From Schmidtea polychroa (Eukaryota): a stretch of 64,000 bases of DNA. Shown here piece by piece: positions 1-13,813 of this stretch (its first letter is position 1; every line of letters begins with the position of its first letter). Made by a program: the position numbers and the translations under genes. The stretch is taken from positions 78,244,001-78,308,000 of the forward strand of contig CM097885.1 in assembly GCA_044892525.1 (NCBI GenBank), in the 5' to 3' direction. The notes beneath the pieces are model-generated. The model worked only from the letters and a program-made list of their open reading frames with translations. It was not told the DNA's origin and did not search any database.

Positions 1-880
1 TGAATATAATGTAAAAACAAATTTGTTTAAAATAGACTATTTTGTAATACAACTTTCTGACCAACGTTTTATTTCATTTGTTGGGGTTGTTAAATTTAAA
101 AGGATGTAAATAAAAATGGAATATTGAAAAATTCAAAATCAAGAGATCAACAAATTCTGGAATTAAAATTTAAAAAACGGGTCAGATGCAAATGAGAGGA
201 TGTGAAAGATCATGGCGAGAACGGAACATGTTCAGAAAGGGTCAATATGCAGGAAAATGTACAAAAACAGAAAATCATTAACTAATTATGAGTAATGGGA
301 AAACGTGAAAGAGATTATCGCAAGGGAGACGCATGGTGGGACAATTAATTATTTCTTTCGCAGAGGAAAAGATAAAAAAGGCCACGAGGCAAACCTCTTT
401 GTCGAAAGGAGACGATATAGTTGAAATACCATTAATCAAGGCGATTATTTCAACTATATAACGGAGCTCAAATTCAGAAACAATTGACATTTCTCCTCAG
501 GTAAGGAAGAAGAAATCGATAGTAGGGCTAAAAAGGAAAAATCAAAGATAGAATTAGAGGAAAGGGAATTAAAGGAATCAAGTTAAGTCAATGGAGTAAA
601 TATAAGAGGTGATTATTGTTGCAGAACGTGCAGAAGCAGAGCAGTTACAGCAGACTTATAGAATAGTCATAATAGGCATTGAATTGCAATATTCAGTGTT
701 TTGAAAATCGAATTTTATACGAATTTGATAACAAACATACGCTGTGTTGCATTTAGCTAATTGCTTTTACAGAACAGGTAGAGCCAGAAACACAAACGCT
801 AATAATAATCCAATTAAAATTTTTATATAAACATTACAAGCTTTGTGATACCCACTGGGTATTACCCAGTGCAAATCCTA

Positions 881-922
881 ATAGTAGACTAGTTTCAAGC
901 TTTTGGCTCTCATCAGTACTAT
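881..922 (-). ncRNA. Minimal type I hammerhead ribozyme (Penelope-associated type)
   Basis: Minus strand reads ATAGTA-CTGATGA-GAGCCAAAAGCTT-GAAA-CTA-GTC-TACTAT: both core boxes, stem I ATAGTA/TACTAT, stem II GAGC/GCTT, short palindromic stem III and a GTC cleavage triplet. A separate perfect hairpin CACTGGGTA-T-TACCCAGTG lies at ~853-871. Confidence 0.85.
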
Positions 923-1750
923 GCAGGAGACGCGAAAATTTCATTGTGTTTTACGTTATCCACAGTGTTAAGCATCTAATAATATATCAAATGTGCTCGT
1001 AAGTCGTTGTTCATTCGTAAATAATCAATCTCCGATCTCCTTAGTCAGTTTTGTCTCCTTTGATCCTCACATCTTTTTAAATATTCAAAGAAGCAGAAAA
1101 CTTATTTCAAAAGATAAATATCTACTAAAATAACTCTTTCAATAGTTTCGTGGAAATAATTGAAGATAAAGTGTAAGGTTATATTGCAGCTCTTTTTTTA
1201 ATATTTGGCTAGAGATGCTGCTTATGACGATAAAGCATCTAGAGTAATTATTAACCCTTTGCAAGCGAACATTTAAAATGATGATTTAATTAAGGAAATA
1301 GTTCATTATGTCTTCCTTTACTTCAAATCATTATTTCTTCCTAAGTAACACAAATTGATCAATAATTGTAATTAGAAGCTGCAAACACATCTTCTAAATT
1401 ATTTTTGAAATCCGGTTCAAAAGTTAACGTTATAATTCCAAGTATTTATTTTATGAAATATTGTATAATTTCCAAACAAATTTTCAGCGTTGAATAAAAT
1501 ATTTCAAAAACCATTTATTAAAATTTCGATATTTAAAATATATTTGTTTAAAAATGATTTACTAATAAAAGCTTGTTTAATTTTTTAATTTAAAAATTTA
1601 AAAATTTCAATTTAAAAAATTCAATTTAAAAATTATTTTATAAGTTATTTTAATAGTTAATTTTTTATCATTTAAAATTATCTTAATAAATCATTCGGTT
1701 TTTTCATGGGTGTGAATAATTATAATATTTTTCTGATATCTACTGACTGT

Positions 1751-1986
1751 TTGGAGGTTTTGACCGGATTGCACCATCTGGTTTCCATTTGTCGTGCTGA
1801 CATCAATGGAACCTAAAATATTTTCATCGACTGCGTTGAATGATATTTCCAGTTCTATAATTCAAGGAATTTAGTCATCATCTTTATTTTTAGCATTGCA
1901 TGATATTTATAGTCTTTTATTTCCGTGACATTGTTTTCACCACAACAAATAGAAACCAGACGGTGCAAACCGGTCAAAACCTCCAA
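1751..1986. repeat. ~41-bp inverted repeat pair, MITE-like DNA transposon derivative
   Basis: ttggaggttttgaccggattgcaccatctggtttccatttg (1751-1791) is the near reverse complement of 1946-1986. A piggyBac-like TTAA-CCCTTT start lies upstream at 1251; linkage is not shown. Confidence 0.6.
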
Positions 1987-2149
1987 AACAACTGACTTAT
2001 AACAATGTACTGTAAGTGCTAATGTTTTTTAAATGTGTTTCTATTTTAATTTTATTCCAAATGAAAAGATTCTTTGTTTTATTATCTTAGAAACTTGGCA
2101 AAATTCTGATAAAGGTGCCTCACAACATAAAGCATCATAAGCATTCATA

Positions 2150-3438
2150 ATCATTCATAAGCTTTCCTAGAACATCAGGACTGATGGACGTCGACTCCCA
2201 AATTAAAGGACTGAAACAATTAACATTTTTCATAACGTCATTATGTTTGATTTTCAATGTCCAAAAATGTGAACTCTTAAAGAGATAAAGGGTCTAGAAA
2301 TGGAATATAAGCCGGAGGAGAATAATGGGCAAAATTGTATTTAATTCAAGAGAGAAAAGTTAAAGAGAAATTCCACGGAATATATAAAAAGAAATGAATA
2401 TAAAATTCGTGAGAAATTCATCGCCTCTCTATCGTTAGCAAACTATTATTAAAATGATATTAAATGGCTCGAATTGTTTTTGTTTGTCAATTATGGGGAA
2501 ACTAAATATTATTTTATCCAACCCAAATGGGGAATAACAGTGAGAAATTCCAGTTTGCCAGATACCCGAGTTTTTGAATCAGGTAATTCTATATTCCAAA
2601 GGAAATAATTTTTGGAAAACAAAATGATAATTTATGGCTTGTTTATTTTTGTCAAATAATGTGCAACAATAATAATATGTCAGACTCCATGAATAAAAAT
2701 AACCCTTCTACACATTGATGCAATTAAACAAACATTTTGTGAACAAATATTCAGTCATAGACATAGATATAATTCTTTATTCGTATTTTTTCCACTCATC
2801 ATTTCATTTAATTGCATAAAGTAGACATTCGCTGATTGACTGACTGACTCGCAATCGATGATCTAACATCTGTTTCGGATTGTGATTCGGAAATTCATAT
2901 ATTCACAGCCATGAAGTCAAAGGTTTGTAGAAAGAATTTACCTTTACATTTACTCGACTTCAAAATCTTGAAAGAACTTAAACTCGCTGGCCTTCTATTT
3001 CGTATAGCACATTAATCTTGGAGAGAAGGTCTGGCAAATAACACAAAAACGGAAAACAATTACACAATGGAAAACTGCCAGACACCGAAGAGAATATGCT
3101 TTTGAAAAAACGTTGTCTATTGCATTACGATCAGTGTATGCAAAGAAATATACATTGGCAGTACTCTCAGGATCTTGCATCAAAATGGTTATATAGAACA
3201 TCTAAATCCTGGTGAAAAATCCTTGGTACACAGACATCTCCAACAATGTCAACTAAGTCAGGAAAGAAAAAATATTTTAATTGAAGTCTTTACCAATGGA
3301 AAAATCCAAAAGAAAAATGTCAGATTTAAAGACCCAATTGTCATTATAAACAGACGGCCAATAATAACACTAAAGAAGAAATCAATAAAATCATCAGTTT
3401 TATTAGTTGTTATTGACCTTGAGAATATCTTTTATTAA
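2150..3438 (+). mobile_element. Degraded Penelope-like retroelement (RT remnant plus GIY-YIG endonuclease)
   Basis: The frame of ORF 3175..3438 extends upstream as C..PKRICF*KNVVYCITISVCKEIYIGSTLR...EH...KSLVHRHLQQC, typical of PLE GIY-YIG domains. Decayed RT-like segments (YYFIQPKWGI) lie upstream. Many stops; left boundary approximate. Confidence 0.75.
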
Positions 3439-5101
3439 AAAATTAAAAAATAATAATTTTAAAATAATATAGAAAAACTAGATTAAATTTTAAGGAAATA
3501 AACTTTTAGAGAATATTACGAATAAAAATCAAAATATAAACATTTTTAAAATTTTTTTTTAATTTTTAAATTGTGCATGTATATAGCTATCGGAAACTAT
3601 ATTTTTATAAATATTTTATGATAATATTTATTTAAAGAAGTTTCTATGAGCTAATTATCGAAGCTTTAAAAACTTGAAAATTATTTTCATTGTTTTGTTT
3701 TCAGTTTTGTTTTAGAGGATAATTAAAAAAATATTTTTAAATTCTTCAAAAACTTTTATTTTTAACTAATGAGAACTAAGAAAAATGAAATGAAAGAGAA
3801 GATTAAAAAGAATTTGTAAATAGAATAAACTAAATTCCAGGAAATTGAAAAGGACTATTTTTATAGTTAAAAATTATTTCATTTTTACTAAATATATAAT
3901 TCGTTGCAAAAAGGCTTTAATTATCATTTAATTGTTTAATAATTGTTTAAATCAGTAAATATATGGATGTTTTTGATATTCACGAATTTTCGGCACTGCA
4001 TTTCTCAAGTGAATTTCAAGTTAAGTGAATTTCTTTTTAATAAATACAATGGAAAACAAAATCAGTAGTGAAATTNNNNNNNNNNNNNNNNNNNNNNNNN
4101 NNNNNNNNNNNNNNNNNNNNNNNNNNNNNNNNNNNNNNNNNNNNNNNNNNNNNNNNNNNNNNNNNNNNNNNNNNNNNNNNNNNNNNNNNNNNNNNNNNNN
4201 NNNNNNNNNNNNNNNNNNNNNNNNNNNNNNNNNNNNNNNNNNNNNNNNNNNNNNNNNNNNNNNNNNNNNNNNNNNNNNNNNNNNNNNNNNNNNNNNNNNN
4301 NNNNNNNNNNNNNNNNNNNNAAATGATTAGTTTAGTGTGGATTCATTGACCATGCCTTTGTCAAGCAATTCGTGGTCAAAGTGGCAAATTGTAAAATATT
4401 AAAGTACATCTCTGGAATATTGGTTTGTAATAGTTCTTTTTAATTTAAATAAAAAAAAATAATTGGAGTTTCACAAATATCATAGTTCGAACGAACTTAT
4501 AAGCGAGGAATGCAAGAGGAAATTAATAGAAGATTCACGACATCAATATTATGGGACAACAAATTTTTGCCGAGAAATACTTAGAAAATGTGAACTAAAA
4601 TAAAAAAAAATGTTTAATGAAAATGTGCATGAATGATGAATAAATAATCTGGTTTGTGACAAAACCTGTGTAGCTACTAGATGATTTGGCTTGGTGGTCC
4701 CGGGAAATGTTGTCGCATTATCTCCACGAGATAACTTGCCAACACGTGAAACTTAAATTAATAATTTGCAACAGTTATTCGCGTGTTTTAATGAAATAAA
4801 AGTCAAACTAAGCGCGGGAATTCAATCACATTAGACAGATGTCAACTGTATTATTTTTCTCACTGAATCGACTTGACAAAAAAGATGAAAAAGAAAGAAA
4901 AACTTTTATAATATTTTAATTTTTTGAATTATTTTATGTTTAAATATTTGAAATTTTAATTTTTAAGGGGTGCATCAAATATGGATAATATGATATTTTT
5001 TATTAACAACAAACACCAATTCCTACATTTCCAATTTCTACTTCAATATTCGACTTTACAAACGCGAAAGAGGATTTTTGATTTACTCTAAAAATTAAAA
5101 A

Positions 5102-5104
<3 letters not shown>

Positions 5105-5165
<61 letters not shown>
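5105..5165. repeat. (ATT)n microsatellite; other (AAT)n tracts at ~53990-54036 and ~55105-55140
   Basis: Direct inspection. Confidence 0.95.
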
Positions 5166-5539
5166 TTAAACAATTAAATGATAATTTAAGCCTTTAGCAG
5201 CGAATATATTTAGTACAAATGAAAAAAATTTTCAACTATAAGATAGCTCTTGTCAAATTGAATTTCTTTTAAAATTCAATTAATTCTACTACNNNNNNNN
5301 NNNNNNNNNNNNNNNNNNNNNNNNNNNNNNNNNNNNNNNNNNNNNNNNNNNNNNNNNNNNNNNNNNNNNNNNNNNNNNNNNNNNNNNNNNNNNNNNNNNN
5401 NNNNNNNNNNNNNNNNNNNNNNNNNNNNNNNNNNNNNNNNNNNNNNNNNNNNNNNNNNNNNNNNNNNNNNNNNNNNNNNNNNNNNNNNNNNNNNNNNNNN
5501 NNNNNNNNNNNNNNNNNNNNNNNNNNNNNNNNNNNNNAA

Positions 5540-6729
5540 AATAATTTTTTACGCCGGTTAATTCTAATCGTGACTTTTGTTACATACGTCCAACTTTTTA
5601 TAATAATTTTAGATTTATAACCTCAACACAACTAAAGATTATTTCTTAAAATGAAAGCCATGTTTTCATAATCTGGAACATATACAACTAGGATTTGGTA
5701 GTGCAGAAAAACGCTTGTAAAGACATCTTTCACAATTTCATATCGTATTGCAAAAGGAAGAAACCTGCGATGTTTGGCACTAAATCTGGTTTTGTGTTGT
5801 TGGTAAAAAAGAACTTAAATGATTTTTTTAAAAACAATTCTAGCCTGTTTATTTATTATCAATAGTTATTAAAATTGTGAATTTCATTAAAAAAGAGCTC
5901 TAAAAACATCGTTTTTTAAAAACACTGTGAATAAATGTAAGCAGAGCATAATGAACTTTTGAACAATACAGAAGTTAGATGGTTATCGAAAGGTCCGATT
6001 TTGAAACATGTTTTCATGTTAAGAACAAAAGCATCGCTTTTTCTAGAAGGAAAAAAGGACCTCTTTGAACATATCAAAGAAAAGGGTTTATATATAAATT
6101 CGCTTACCTGTCAGATATTTTTAATCAAATGAACGATATAAGTCTTTCAATTGAAGAGCCTGATGTTACCATTATGGATGCAACAGAAAAATTATTCTAT
6201 CAAATTTTTGACGAAGTGTTTCCTGAAAATGGGTGACGAACAGATAATTTATTTCTGAATAACTTGAAAAATGATGTTTGTGAACTCCTGGAAGTACTTC
6301 AAGTTTCATTTAAAAATTATTTCAATATGGATGGGATAAATTGAGCCTATTGATCTTAGAACAAAGTCCTTAAAAGAAAAATAGATTTCGATTCATAAAC
6401 ACTTAAAGAGTTCTGGTTGTCTGTGAGAAAACCCTTTGCTTGTAAAAAGAGCTATGGAAGCTATAATTCCATTTGCTACAGTTTATTTTGCGATATGCGC
6501 TTTCCTTTGTCAAAAGAATCTCACAATTCGATGTATTATATGAAAAAACAACAGCAGCTGTCGCAATAATAAATTGTTGATGATTTTGAAATATAAATAA
6601 TAAAATTAAATATTTTTTAATAATTGATGTTTTTGTATTTTTTTTGTTTTACATATTAAAGGGGGAGAGATTCGTTCTTTTAAAAATTATAAAAGGGGTC
6701 CATTACACGGAAAAGTTTAAGGGACACTA
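5540..6729 (+). mobile_element. hAT transposon remnant (Buster/Charlie-like), 3' end present
   Basis: Fragmentary frames ISYRIAK, PAMFGTKSGFVLLVKK, LKEFWLSV...AMEAIIPFATVY. Terminus aaaagtttaagggacactag resembles a Charlie-type right TIR. Confidence 0.75.
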
Positions 6730-6732
6730 GTA

Positions 6733-6945
6733 TAGACTTTCATCACTGTCTTACACCGCTCGCTGCAAAACAGCCTCTAGGCTCGATTTTCGGTAATCAG
6801 TCCTGTTCTAGTTTTCTCCAGCCGAAAAACCTTTTATTTAATTATTGGACCTGCAATGGAGTTAATCAGCTCGTTTGATGTCTATCAAGATTGGCTTTGG
6901 TTTGGTTCAGTTGTTTGCGCGAGTTTCTCGGTGTATCAAACGAGA
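6733..6945 (-). pseudogene. Unknown coiled-coil ORF family, copy 8 (3' end abuts the hAT end)
   Basis: Manual translation RKQLNQTKANLDRHQTS*LTPLQVQ*LNKRFF/RLEKTRTGLITENRA*...VMKVYT aligns with copies at 39395 and 44855. Confidence 0.7.
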
Positions 6946-7199
6946 ATTAAATAAAAATCAAACGTCGATTATTTGTAGGTTTTCAGAATTAAAGGAATCC
7001 AAAATCAAACAACAGTAAACAAAAATATATACGAGAACTCCTGGGGATGGAAACAAAATAATCAAAATGATCAAAAACAACATATATACAGCAACTTACA
7101 AAAAATACATACACAATCAAAAATCTACAGTAACAAGTCAAGTCTAAAATTTGGAGCATCCAGACCTGCGTTGAATCGTGGTGGAATTCAAGTTGCAGG

Positions 7200-8562
7200 T
7201 AATGATGCTGGAGGGTTAGACTAGTTAAATACTTGTATTTGAGGTTGGGCGAGGGTGGTCATTTGCGCGACCCACCATGCTTTAGCTCTTTGTCTACGCA
7301 TTTGGCCCGTTTTAGTAAAATGATTCTTTTTGGAATTTATGGAGACCTCAGTTGTGGATACATTTGGAGGAGTGACCTAATGTGAGATAGCAGCACTACT
7401 CTCATGAATTTGTGTCTCAAATTATATGGTTGACACTATATGGTGAATCAAATATCTTTGGGTCGGATATTTTCGGCAAAAGGCTTTCCAATTCGCCTTG
7501 GGTGTAGGTCTTACATATGGCGTAATGCTGTCATTTCAAAATATCGGCGGCGCTCGGCTTTCAGTTATTAGATCGTCGCGGCACTTCTATAAACTGGAGA
7601 TCTTTCGGTGAAGCTTTAAAGCTTTAGTTGATTGGAGCCAAGAGGCCTTCATTTGGTTTTCCTTTTCTGCAACTTTGAAACCTGTTCTTTAAATTTCCTT
7701 ATTTCGAATCGCGCAATTGTAATTAGCTTGGTTATTCGTCTGGGTTTTGGTGTTAGTTAAAGTGACCAGACGTCCCGGATTATGCAGGACTTTCCCGAAT
7801 TTAAATCGTATGTTCTGCATAAACAATTGTCCCGGAAAGTGTCTCGTATTGTACATTGTACCTAATTATTGCTATCTATTTGTGAAGTAACTTTTCCAAT
7901 TAAATAACACTTCTTTGGTTTAACTGGTAACAATTATTTAAATTCAAAAATTCAAATGTTTCAATTCAAGTATGTCATGAGCTTTTAACGAATTCATATT
8001 GCTTAACTATTTAAAAAAAATCTATTTCTATAATTGCTATTTCAGTTTCAAAAGAATAAGTGTACAAAACAAAAGTGCAAAGTTTATGTTTAAAATCAGT
8101 TTAATTTATTATTCATATATATAAATCACTTAGAAAAGGCTGCCGAAAATTCCTGAATATCAAAGAAAACTATCAAAGAAATTTAAGTGTTTTCATTTTG
8201 CTTATTTTTTTTCTGTTTCTTTTGTTTTTTTCTTTATTCGTCTTTTTTACCCATAAAATGTATAGTTATATAATAGAATATTGTACATTGTAAGTTGTGT
8301 ACAATATGATCAGCTGGGTTAAATAATCAGTATACAATCTTTATACAATTTAAATATGAAATATACACACATTCTTCTAGCGAAAAAACAAAAGTAGTGT
8401 TCTTGTCATAGTATTCCACAATGCACACGTTATTAGTGTGTATTCGTGCATAGGTTTAGTATAAATTGACCAGACGTCCCAGATTATGCGGTTTTAATTT
8501 GAAAATGTCCCGCATTCCAACAAAAAATATCTGGTCACTTTAGTGTTAGTTGAAGTGTTCAT
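7200..8562 (-). pseudogene. Unknown coiled-coil ORF family, copy 7 (split by a MITE)
   Basis: After removing the MITE at 7758-8542 and allowing frameshifts: MNTSTNTKTQ...KFKEQVSKLQKRK/MKASWLQS...L*KCRDDLITESRA...KTYTQGELE...KKNHFTKTGQMRRQRAKAWWVAQ. The C-terminal part closely matches copy 5 (NHYTRTRRMHR*RAKARWLAG). Confidence 0.7.
7758..8542. mobile_element. hAT-type MITE, ~785 bp
   Basis: 13-bp TIR TAAAGTGACCAGA...TCTGGTCACTTTA flanked by an exact 8-bp TSD GTGTTAGT (7750-7757, 8543-8550). Subterminal gacgtcccNgattatgc repeats; no ORF. Confidence 0.9.
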
Positions 8563-8685
8563 TCTTTACAAAGAAAAGACCAAAATCTTATTACTTTGTA
8601 ATGTAACGTTAATTGGTTGTATATAATTTTTTAATATAATTACAAATTTTAATATTTATCTTTCTTTTCAATCCAGCAAAATGAA

Positions 8686-8743
<58 letters not shown>

Positions 8744-9462
8744 TAATTTACTATAGAGAAATTACAAACTAAAAATCCAAAAACAAAATAGAGAAAAAAT
8801 CAATAACTCCATTATTTCGATACAATAAAAGGAAATACAATCCGAGAAGAAAGAGAAACATACAAAAAAATTTAATAGCCCAAAGCAATTACAATCCGAG
8901 AAGAAAAGAAATATATAAAGAAATAAATAGTCCAAAGCAATTCTTCTAGCTGACTAGTCGGAGAACCATATAATCTCAGAATCCTTTATTGGAATCCTAT
9001 AGTGTATTTTCACTGACGATTGTCCTACAAATATCGGAAGTTTGTCTATAGTAAATAACATTCAAGATCCACTTCCTCTGTCTATTTAAGAAGTATTTAT
9101 ATTCGTTAATAAATTTTGTTATTTTTCGTTAATAGTTAGTNNNNNNNNNNNNNNNNNNNNNNNNNNNNNNNNNNNNNNNNNNNNNNNNNNNNNNNNNNNN
9201 NNNNNNNNNNNNNNNNNNNNNNNNNNNNNNNNNNNNNNNNNNNNNNNNNNNNNNNNNNNNNNNNNNNNNNNNNNNNNNNNNNNNNNNNNNNNNNNNNNNN
9301 ACATACATACATTCCAGTTGTCCCAAAACATTTTTTAAAGGTGACTCTGCTGGGTCTGACAAATTTCTTAACCACATAGATAATAACATATCTACACATA
9401 TATGACAACGTAACGTTAATATTATACATTAAATGTTTAGTTAACTAATAAATTACTCATAT

Positions 9463-10261
9463 TGTTGGGTATTTTGTTAAGTCTGTATCTCGGTCTGACT
9501 CCTTTGTGTTCTTTTGAAAATTAAGTAAACAACCCAACACAAAAATCTTTATTTGAGACTAATACAGTTACACTTTGGTTATACTTTTTATTAATTCAAA
9601 CTCACTTGGTAAACCCTTTTTTGATCTGCACTTTTCAATGCAACTACAAATCTTACGTAGGGATAAATCTTCCAACGGGAAATGTTCCTTTCTGGTACGT
9701 TCGATTTAAATTATTCAATTGATATTAACTTCAAAGTTTTCTTTGTTACTCTAGCTATATTTCTCGTTTTCTTTTCTTGACCAACTGGCAATTCTGTTTA
9801 TTTGCCGGTCGCTTTTTGTAATTGATTTTACTTTGTCAAATTAGTCAAATTGAGGAATTTGCTCGTCTCCTTTGAAAGCTTGCCCCAATTTAATTTTAGT
9901 TGGCTGATTTAATTGTCTTTCCTAATTTGATTGATAATTCAGGTTCTCTCAAATCGCTCAGGTTTTTCATTGTCTTGGGTTTCCCATTAGCTCGGGTTCG
10001 TCACTAGTTAATTAATTTTTAATTAATTTTTGTTTTTTGTAATTTATTCCTTCTAGGGACCCCCCCCATTGATTTTATTTTATTAAAGTTGAACTCGTCT
10101 CATCATTCGGCATCCGCCCATACCAGTTTCCCTAGGAAAATATTCATTTTTAATTTTTTGATTATTTTAATTAATATTTTGTACTTTAAATTTTTATTGA
10201 AAATTTGGTGTTTTTATTGATTTTCACCTCATTTTTGTACCTCTCCTGTTTAACCCCAACA
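9463..10261 (-). mobile_element. Solo LTR (Gypsy-like family C)
   Basis: TGTTG...CAACA termini with 4-bp TSD ATAT on both sides. Homologous in reverse complement to ~62672-63446. Confidence 0.8.
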
Positions 10262-10419
10262 ATATTACGAAAACAAAATTTAACTCAAAACGAATTTAGT
10301 CATTTTTTTATTTGTGGAATTCCAAATTTTTATCCTACTTGTCTTATTAACCGTCAACCTCATTCTACTGTTTTCTCAGTCATTCTACATCTAGCAGCTT
10401 AAGAGGCCGGCATCAATTT

Positions 10420-11700
10420 TTAGGAAATTTAGAATAGTTAAATGTAATAAAACTATCAATTATGATATTTTAAATTAAAACTTATATTTTATTTATTTTC
10501 ATTAAATAAGTATAATTAATTAATTAATTAATTAACAAAATAAATTTGATATACATAAAAAATACAAAATAAAACTATATTATTTTCAATTCTTTTTTAT
10601 TTGATTCAAAAAATTATCACAAATCATTTTAGTATGATTATTACATGTATTTTGAGCGCAACTGGGGTATCCTACTTTTTGTTTCAATAAATGGCATTGT
10701 TTACATCGTTTATTTCCTGATGAAATGGAAGGTGCCGTAGAATTTTAGCATTTGTTTTTATAAAACAGTTTATACAACTAATTGATTCTTTCAAGTCTTT
10801 GTTACGTAAATTTTGATGCTGTCATCGCTGCAATTTCTTCCAAAAATGTATTTCTTCTGTCGTTCTTTTTTATATTCCAATCTTTATAAATATTTGTGTA
10901 TATAAAATTTGGCAACCAATGCACTGATATCTAAAATATTCCTAAAATATGGTAATTCCTTACGTGTTGGTAACTCTTCACTCTCATCGCTGTGGTAAGA
11001 GTTGACACTCAAATGATCAGTATCTTCTGATTCGTCACTACTGTTTCTTTATTATTCTTCCTAATTTTGGATTTTTGGTAGCAGACGAATTTCTCATCAT
11101 TCAAGAAGCGAAACCTTTTTAGAGATATTCAAGAATGTGACATAACTCGAAGAGTTCACCTGTCCACATCGCTGATCTCCACTTGGTCAGTCTACCAATA
11201 GGCTAATTTTGATAATGCTAAATTTTAATGAGTCGACAGTGGGCCGCATTTGGACATCCATGTGCAAAAGCATTCCAAAAACTACTAGGAAGTCAACTTT
11301 AGATTTTCACTTTGGCTTGTCACAACATCCAACCGATCTTCGATAAAATCTTTGGGCTGTCTCATAATAAATAAAAATAAATGACAATCAAAAATCAAAA
11401 TTATTTATGAAAATTTATTTAACATAAAAAAATTAAATGAAAACAGTAATCATAAAAATTTACACGTTCCCACACGGTACGGCTTTAGCCATCCAATTTT
11501 TGGTGATGTTATAGACAAATCACAACTATAGCCGACATAATTTTTTTTATTAAAAAAACAAATAACCCTAGTTAGCACAACGGGTACTAATGCATTAATG
11601 CAGAGTTACGACCAACAAAAAATGTTGTAACAGTCTGTATAACTTATTTATATTTACTTGTCATGACCCCTCCCCTAATAATTAGCATTGGCGTTTCGAT
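10420..11700 (-). mobile_element. piggyBac-like transposase remnant (C-terminal part)
   Basis: Minus-strand fragments FRNILDISALVAKFY...RRNTFLEEIA and a Cys-rich tail KRCKQC...CAQNTCNNHTKMICDN typical of piggyBac. Boundaries approximate. Confidence 0.65.
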
Positions 11701-11940
11701 AAAAAAAATTTCTGTTTTTTTTCATAAAATGATTATTATTTGTATAGTCAAAAATATTACTTTTTGTTTTTGTTTTGTTTTGAACAAGTCAGTTAGTTTT
11801 AACAGTCAGTTTAAAAGTCTTTTTCTGTTAGGATTAGTTGCTGTTATATATTGGATCGGTAAGTATATATTTTTAGTGAAATAAATACTTCTGGAGTATG
11901 TATATTCTCGCTTTATGTAGGATATTTATTAATCCTTGAA

Positions 11941-13000
11941 ATGGAATCTTCCGAAGAACAAATCATTGATGAATATCAAAGCCTTACTTCTGATACTGAT
12001 GGTGATTTTAGTGACGATCGTGATGAAAGCTGCATTCAAACTCTACGTCGGAAGAAAAGGTTTGTGATCGTATCATTCAAGGACGAAGAAACTGAAAGCG
12101 ACGATGATACTGATAGTGGCAATGGTGCAGTTTTCCCACCGGTAACGGAAGATAATAATAGGATTACAATAGGATTACTGTGGCATTACAATGAATGTAA
12201 ATATAAACTCCAGTGCTAAAGATATCGTCGGTTTAAAAGCAGAAATCACTAAGTCAAAAAACAACTTAGGAATTTCTGATTGTATTATAATAGCACGATT
12301 GACTTAGTGCAATAAATGTCCGCCTAAAAACCTCAACAATATCAATTTACGACTTATAAGATTTTGCCCATATAAAGTTGGCATTATAATGATTTAATTT
12401 AGTACAAAAAATCAAAATCTTGGAAAATGTACTTAGTGAATTTTGCTTGTAAACCAACGATATTTTCGATCAACTGTTGTCAAAAAGTATAATTGAGACA
12501 ATTATCGGTTGTTCTAATAAATATTATTTGAAATTTATTTGAAAAAAATCGGAGTTCAAAAAATATAATACAAAGTTTGATTTTGTTGAAACAAACGAAG
12601 AAGAGCTATTTGAAATTTTGGGAATTTGCTTGCTTCAAGATCAACAAAAGTTCCATCCACTTGACATATGTTTAGTAATAATCCTCTTTACTATTCACCT
12701 GTATTTGCATACAACATGTCTGAATGCCGTTTTGAAGAGTTATTACGCTGCATCAACGGGAATTATATTTGTGGTGCTGAGAATACGGAAAAATTAAAAA
12801 ATATATCCTCTCCTAAAGCCAATTCTTGCCAATTTTCAAGCTGCATTTTTACCATTGAAACCACTTTAATTGGACGAATCTCTTTCATGCCTTTTTCAAG
12901 TGAATTCACATATTTATAGTCATCAAGTTCTCTTTTTAATAAATTCAATGGAAAAAAATAATCAGTGGTGAAATTGGAAAAAAACGTTGGAAAAACTATT
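11941..13000 (+). mobile_element. piggyBac-like transposase remnant (N-terminal part)
   Basis: Acidic N-terminus (ORF 11941..12219) followed by PLYYSPVFAYNMSECRFEELLRCI (piggyBac P.F...MSR.RF..ILR motif). 12890-12975 resembles 4005-4075. Confidence 0.7.
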
Positions 13001-13154
13001 GATATTATTATGATTTTATAGATTTGATAGCGATTGTTTATTCCAAATATGATATGATTTCATAGATTTTATTAATTATTACAAATAAGTAAATAATTAA
13101 GACAAGCATAATGAAAAACATAAAATACACATAATATAAATAAATTTATACATA

Positions 13155-13300
13155 CAGGTATACCTCAGTAATACAGCGGGTATGGTTCCAGTTCGCTTGC
13201 TCATTTTTTACTCGCTACAACATATAAAAACCTTTAAACTTGTTTACACTATCATTTATTATTTGCGCAATAGCGCTAAGCTAAAAATAACAGTTTCAAT
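13155..13300. mobile_element. Possible pogo/Tigger-like terminus
   Basis: TA followed by CAGGTATACCTC, similar to Tigger TIRs; no partner end found. Confidence 0.4.
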
Positions 13301-13307
13301 TTAAAAA

Positions 13308-13813
13308 TTAAATACGTAATGAAGTGTAAATAAAATAAAAATAATATATTTTAGCTTTAAAAACTTTATTAATATCATTGAAGGAAGGTTGAAGAAGATA
13401 GTTGAGACTCGTCATCTGACCCTTCAACGAATCTACCACGCATCCTGAACATGCCGAGCCGAAAGTGACGGCAGGCTCTTTTGTCAGATGATGGGCAGGA
13501 AACACATCGTATTTGTCGAAGATAGGCAGCTTCCTGAGACGAGATGTAAGCTCCACTTGCGTGTAGATTTGGGATTGATTCTTTATTAGAATACTTTGTG
13601 CCCGGTTCTCTTCCAGGAGATTATCCCGGTAGTGTTCCACGCGTAGGATGGTTTTATTTGCGTCTTTCATCTGGAAAGGGGCAAACGATGTCCCCTCCAG
13701 ATGATCAATCTTTGCTCTCAGGAGCCTGATTTCTTCCTGATAGTTTTTGAGCAGAACATTTTTATCTGCGCAGGATTAGCACGGTTGTAGATTTGCTTTT
13801 TTTTGTTTGACAT
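13308..13813 (-). pseudogene. Unknown coiled-coil ORF family, copy 1
   Basis: tttttag-gt-ATG at 13813, a frameshift in an A-run, then LQPC*SCADKN...RAKIDHLEGTSFAPFQMKDANKTILRVEHYRDNLLEENRAQ...IYTQVEL...DVFPAHH...ACSGC. Clearly alignable to 44094..44855. Confidence 0.85.

Noticed and set aside
278-490. 70-aa minus ORF as part of the Penelope ORF downstream of the hammerhead
   Set aside because: No RT or PLE N-terminal motif recognised.
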